Assembly: GCA_963817985.1 (NCBI GenBank) | Contig: CAWFQI010000005.1 | Location: forward strand, 35,731-99,730 | Reading direction: 5' to 3' | From: an uncultured Acidimicrobiaceae bacterium | GTDB lineage: Bacteria > Actinomycetota > Acidimicrobiia > Acidimicrobiales > RAAP-2 | DNA: 64,000 nt | Part shown: positions 62,986 to 64,000 of the stretch, piece by piece | Position numbering within the stretch: the stretch's first letter is position 1 | Layout: each line of letters begins with the position of its first letter | The notes under the pieces: model-generated | What the model was told of the DNA's origin: nothing | The model's input: the letters and a program-made list of their open reading frames with translations, nothing else | Databases searched by the model: none | Made by a program: the position numbers and the translations under genes

Positions 62986-64000
62986 TCACAGGAGGCGTCG
63001 GAGCAGTCGTTCCTTGGCCTCGGTGAACGGTGGGTACACGAGCGAGAGGTCGGGGCGCACACCCCGGCGGAGCACCGGCTTGCGATGACTCAGCTCCTCG
63101 AACCCGGCCCGCCCGTGGTAGGCCCCCGAGCCGCTGGCACCCACGCCCCCGAAGGGAAGCTCGGGCACGAGGAAGTGCATCACGGTGTGGTTGACGCACA
63201 CCCCGCCCGACGTGGTGGTGGCGAGAACCCGCCGCTCGGTGTCCTTCGACCCGGTAAACAGGTAGAGGGCCAGCGGCTTGTCCTTGCCGTTGATGATCCC
63301 GGTCGCCTCCTCGAGCGAGTCGACGGTGACGACCGGAAGGATCGGACCGAAGATCTCCTCGCTCATGAGCGCCGAACCCGGGTCGGGGTCGACCACCACC
63401 GTGGGTTGGATCGAGCGGTCGTCGGCGTCGATCCCACCGCCCGTCGCCACCCGGCCACCCGATCCGGCCAGGAGGGAGCGAAGGCGGGCCACGTGCCCGT
63501 CATTGACGATCTGGGTCCGCGTGAGCCGAGGGTCGGGTCCCTGCATCGCTTCGATGGAGCGGACCAGGGCATCCACCAACCGGTCGGCCACCGGCCGCTC
63601 GACGAGAACGTAGTCCGGGGCGATGCAGGTCTGGCCGGCGTTGATGAGCTTGCCCCAGGCGATGCGGCGGGCGGCGATCTCGATGTCGGCATCGCTCGTC
63701 ACCACCACCGGGCTCTTGCCACCCAGCTCGAGGGTGACCGACGCCAGGTGCTCCGCCGCCGCTGCCATCACGACCTTCCCTACCGTGGTGCTCCCGGTGA
63801 AGAACAGATGGTCGAAGGGCAGTTGGAGAAGGTGGGTGGCGACCTCGACCCCGCCCTCGACGACGGCCACCCCGTCGGGATCGAGATACCGGGGGATCAG
63901 GCGGGCCAGGGTGTCGGAGGTGGCCGGGGCCAGCTCCGAGGGCTTCACCACCACGGCGTTGCCTGCGGCCACCGCTGCCACCAGCGGGGACAGGGCCAGC
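62986..64000 (-). CDS. Aldehyde dehydrogenase family protein (class-3-like), N-terminus beyond the window end
   Basis: ...VKPSELAP..., ELGGKSP and GQTCIAPDY (catalytic Cys). The frame is open to nt 64000. Confidence 0.85.
   Translation of the reverse strand, partial: LALSPLVAAVAAGNAVVVKPSELAPATSDTLARLIPRYLDPDGVAVVEGGVEVATHLLQLPFDHLFFTGSTTVGKVVMAAAAEHLASVTLELGGKSPVVVTSDADIEIAARRIAWGKLINAGQTCIAPDYVLVERPVADRLVDALVRSIEAMQGPDPRLTRTQIVNDGHVARLRSLLAGSGGRVATGGGIDADDRSIQPTVVVDPDPGSALMSEEIFGPILPVVTVDSLEEATGIINGKDKPLALYLFTGSKDTERRVLATTTSGGVCVNHTVMHFLVPELPFGGVGASGSGAYHGRAGFEELSHRKPVLRRGVRPDLSLVYPPFTEAKERLLRRLL

Noticed and set aside
61691-63088. 465-aa ORF on the plus strand
   Set aside because: It is antisense to the MDR oxidoreductase and aldehyde dehydrogenase genes. 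It has an Arg/Gly/His/Pro-rich composition and no recognisable domain.
1-64000. Search for CRISPR arrays, IS elements, integrases, toxin-antitoxin or defence-system genes, and rRNA or tRNA genes
   Set aside because: Apart from the heptamer array I saw no direct-repeat/spacer architecture. I found no transposase, integrase or recombinase motifs in any long ORF and no rRNA-like or cloverleaf-forming sequence. The window looks like core chromosome rather than an accessory island.

Overview
High-GC (about two-thirds G+C by eye) chromosomal segment that looks actinobacterial. Gene content, GTG/TTG starts, ATGA/GTGA overlapping stop-start junctions and long spurious antisense ORFs all fit this. All product calls come from reading motifs in the supplied translations; no database search was run. 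I support about 60 protein-coding genes. I found no rRNA, tRNA, CRISPR array, transposase, integrase or phage gene.

Main blocks:
- 1-7302: Rieske oxygenase, D-aminoacylase, PAP2 phosphatase, SulP permease, DAG-kinase-like lipid kinase.
- 7466-14758: a DosR/DevR-like stress island. It holds a GNAT, a tandem USP, a small ORF, a NarL-type regulator divergent from a GAF histidine kinase, a Zn-ADH, a PPOX-like protein, a ferritin-like protein and Hsp20. A 14-bp box recurs upstream of several units.
- 15100-21692: membrane proteins, an orphan ATP-grasp ligase and an OmpR/HisKA two-component pair.
- 21944-24710: a translationally coupled operon of ferric-reductase/NOX-like protein, FMN-bind protein and ApbE.
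- 31502-37042: three LLM flavin monooxygenases plus a Cys-type sulfatase.
- 40836-42131: class I DAHP synthase preceded by a Tyr-Trp-Trp-Phe leader peptide and an intrinsic terminator (a candidate attenuator).
- 42348-45529: a DUF35/thiolase/thiolase operon.
- 45612-45755: a tandem array of about 20 copies of a 7-nt unit between convergent genes.
- 45763-64000: GH5, tandem CoA-transferase, GH1, a second D-aminoacylase, acyl-CoA ligase, USP, MBL hydrolase, oxidoreductases.

Five otherwise well-supported genes are each split between two reading frames. Three of the five junctions lie at short G/C homopolymer runs and a fourth may sit at a TTT/AAA run, so either the assembly carries indel errors or these genes are decaying.

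The most interesting items are the aromatic leader-peptide attenuator, the DosR-like box set, the heptamer array and the ApbE-linked transmembrane redox operon. I cannot show that any of them is a truly undescribed system.
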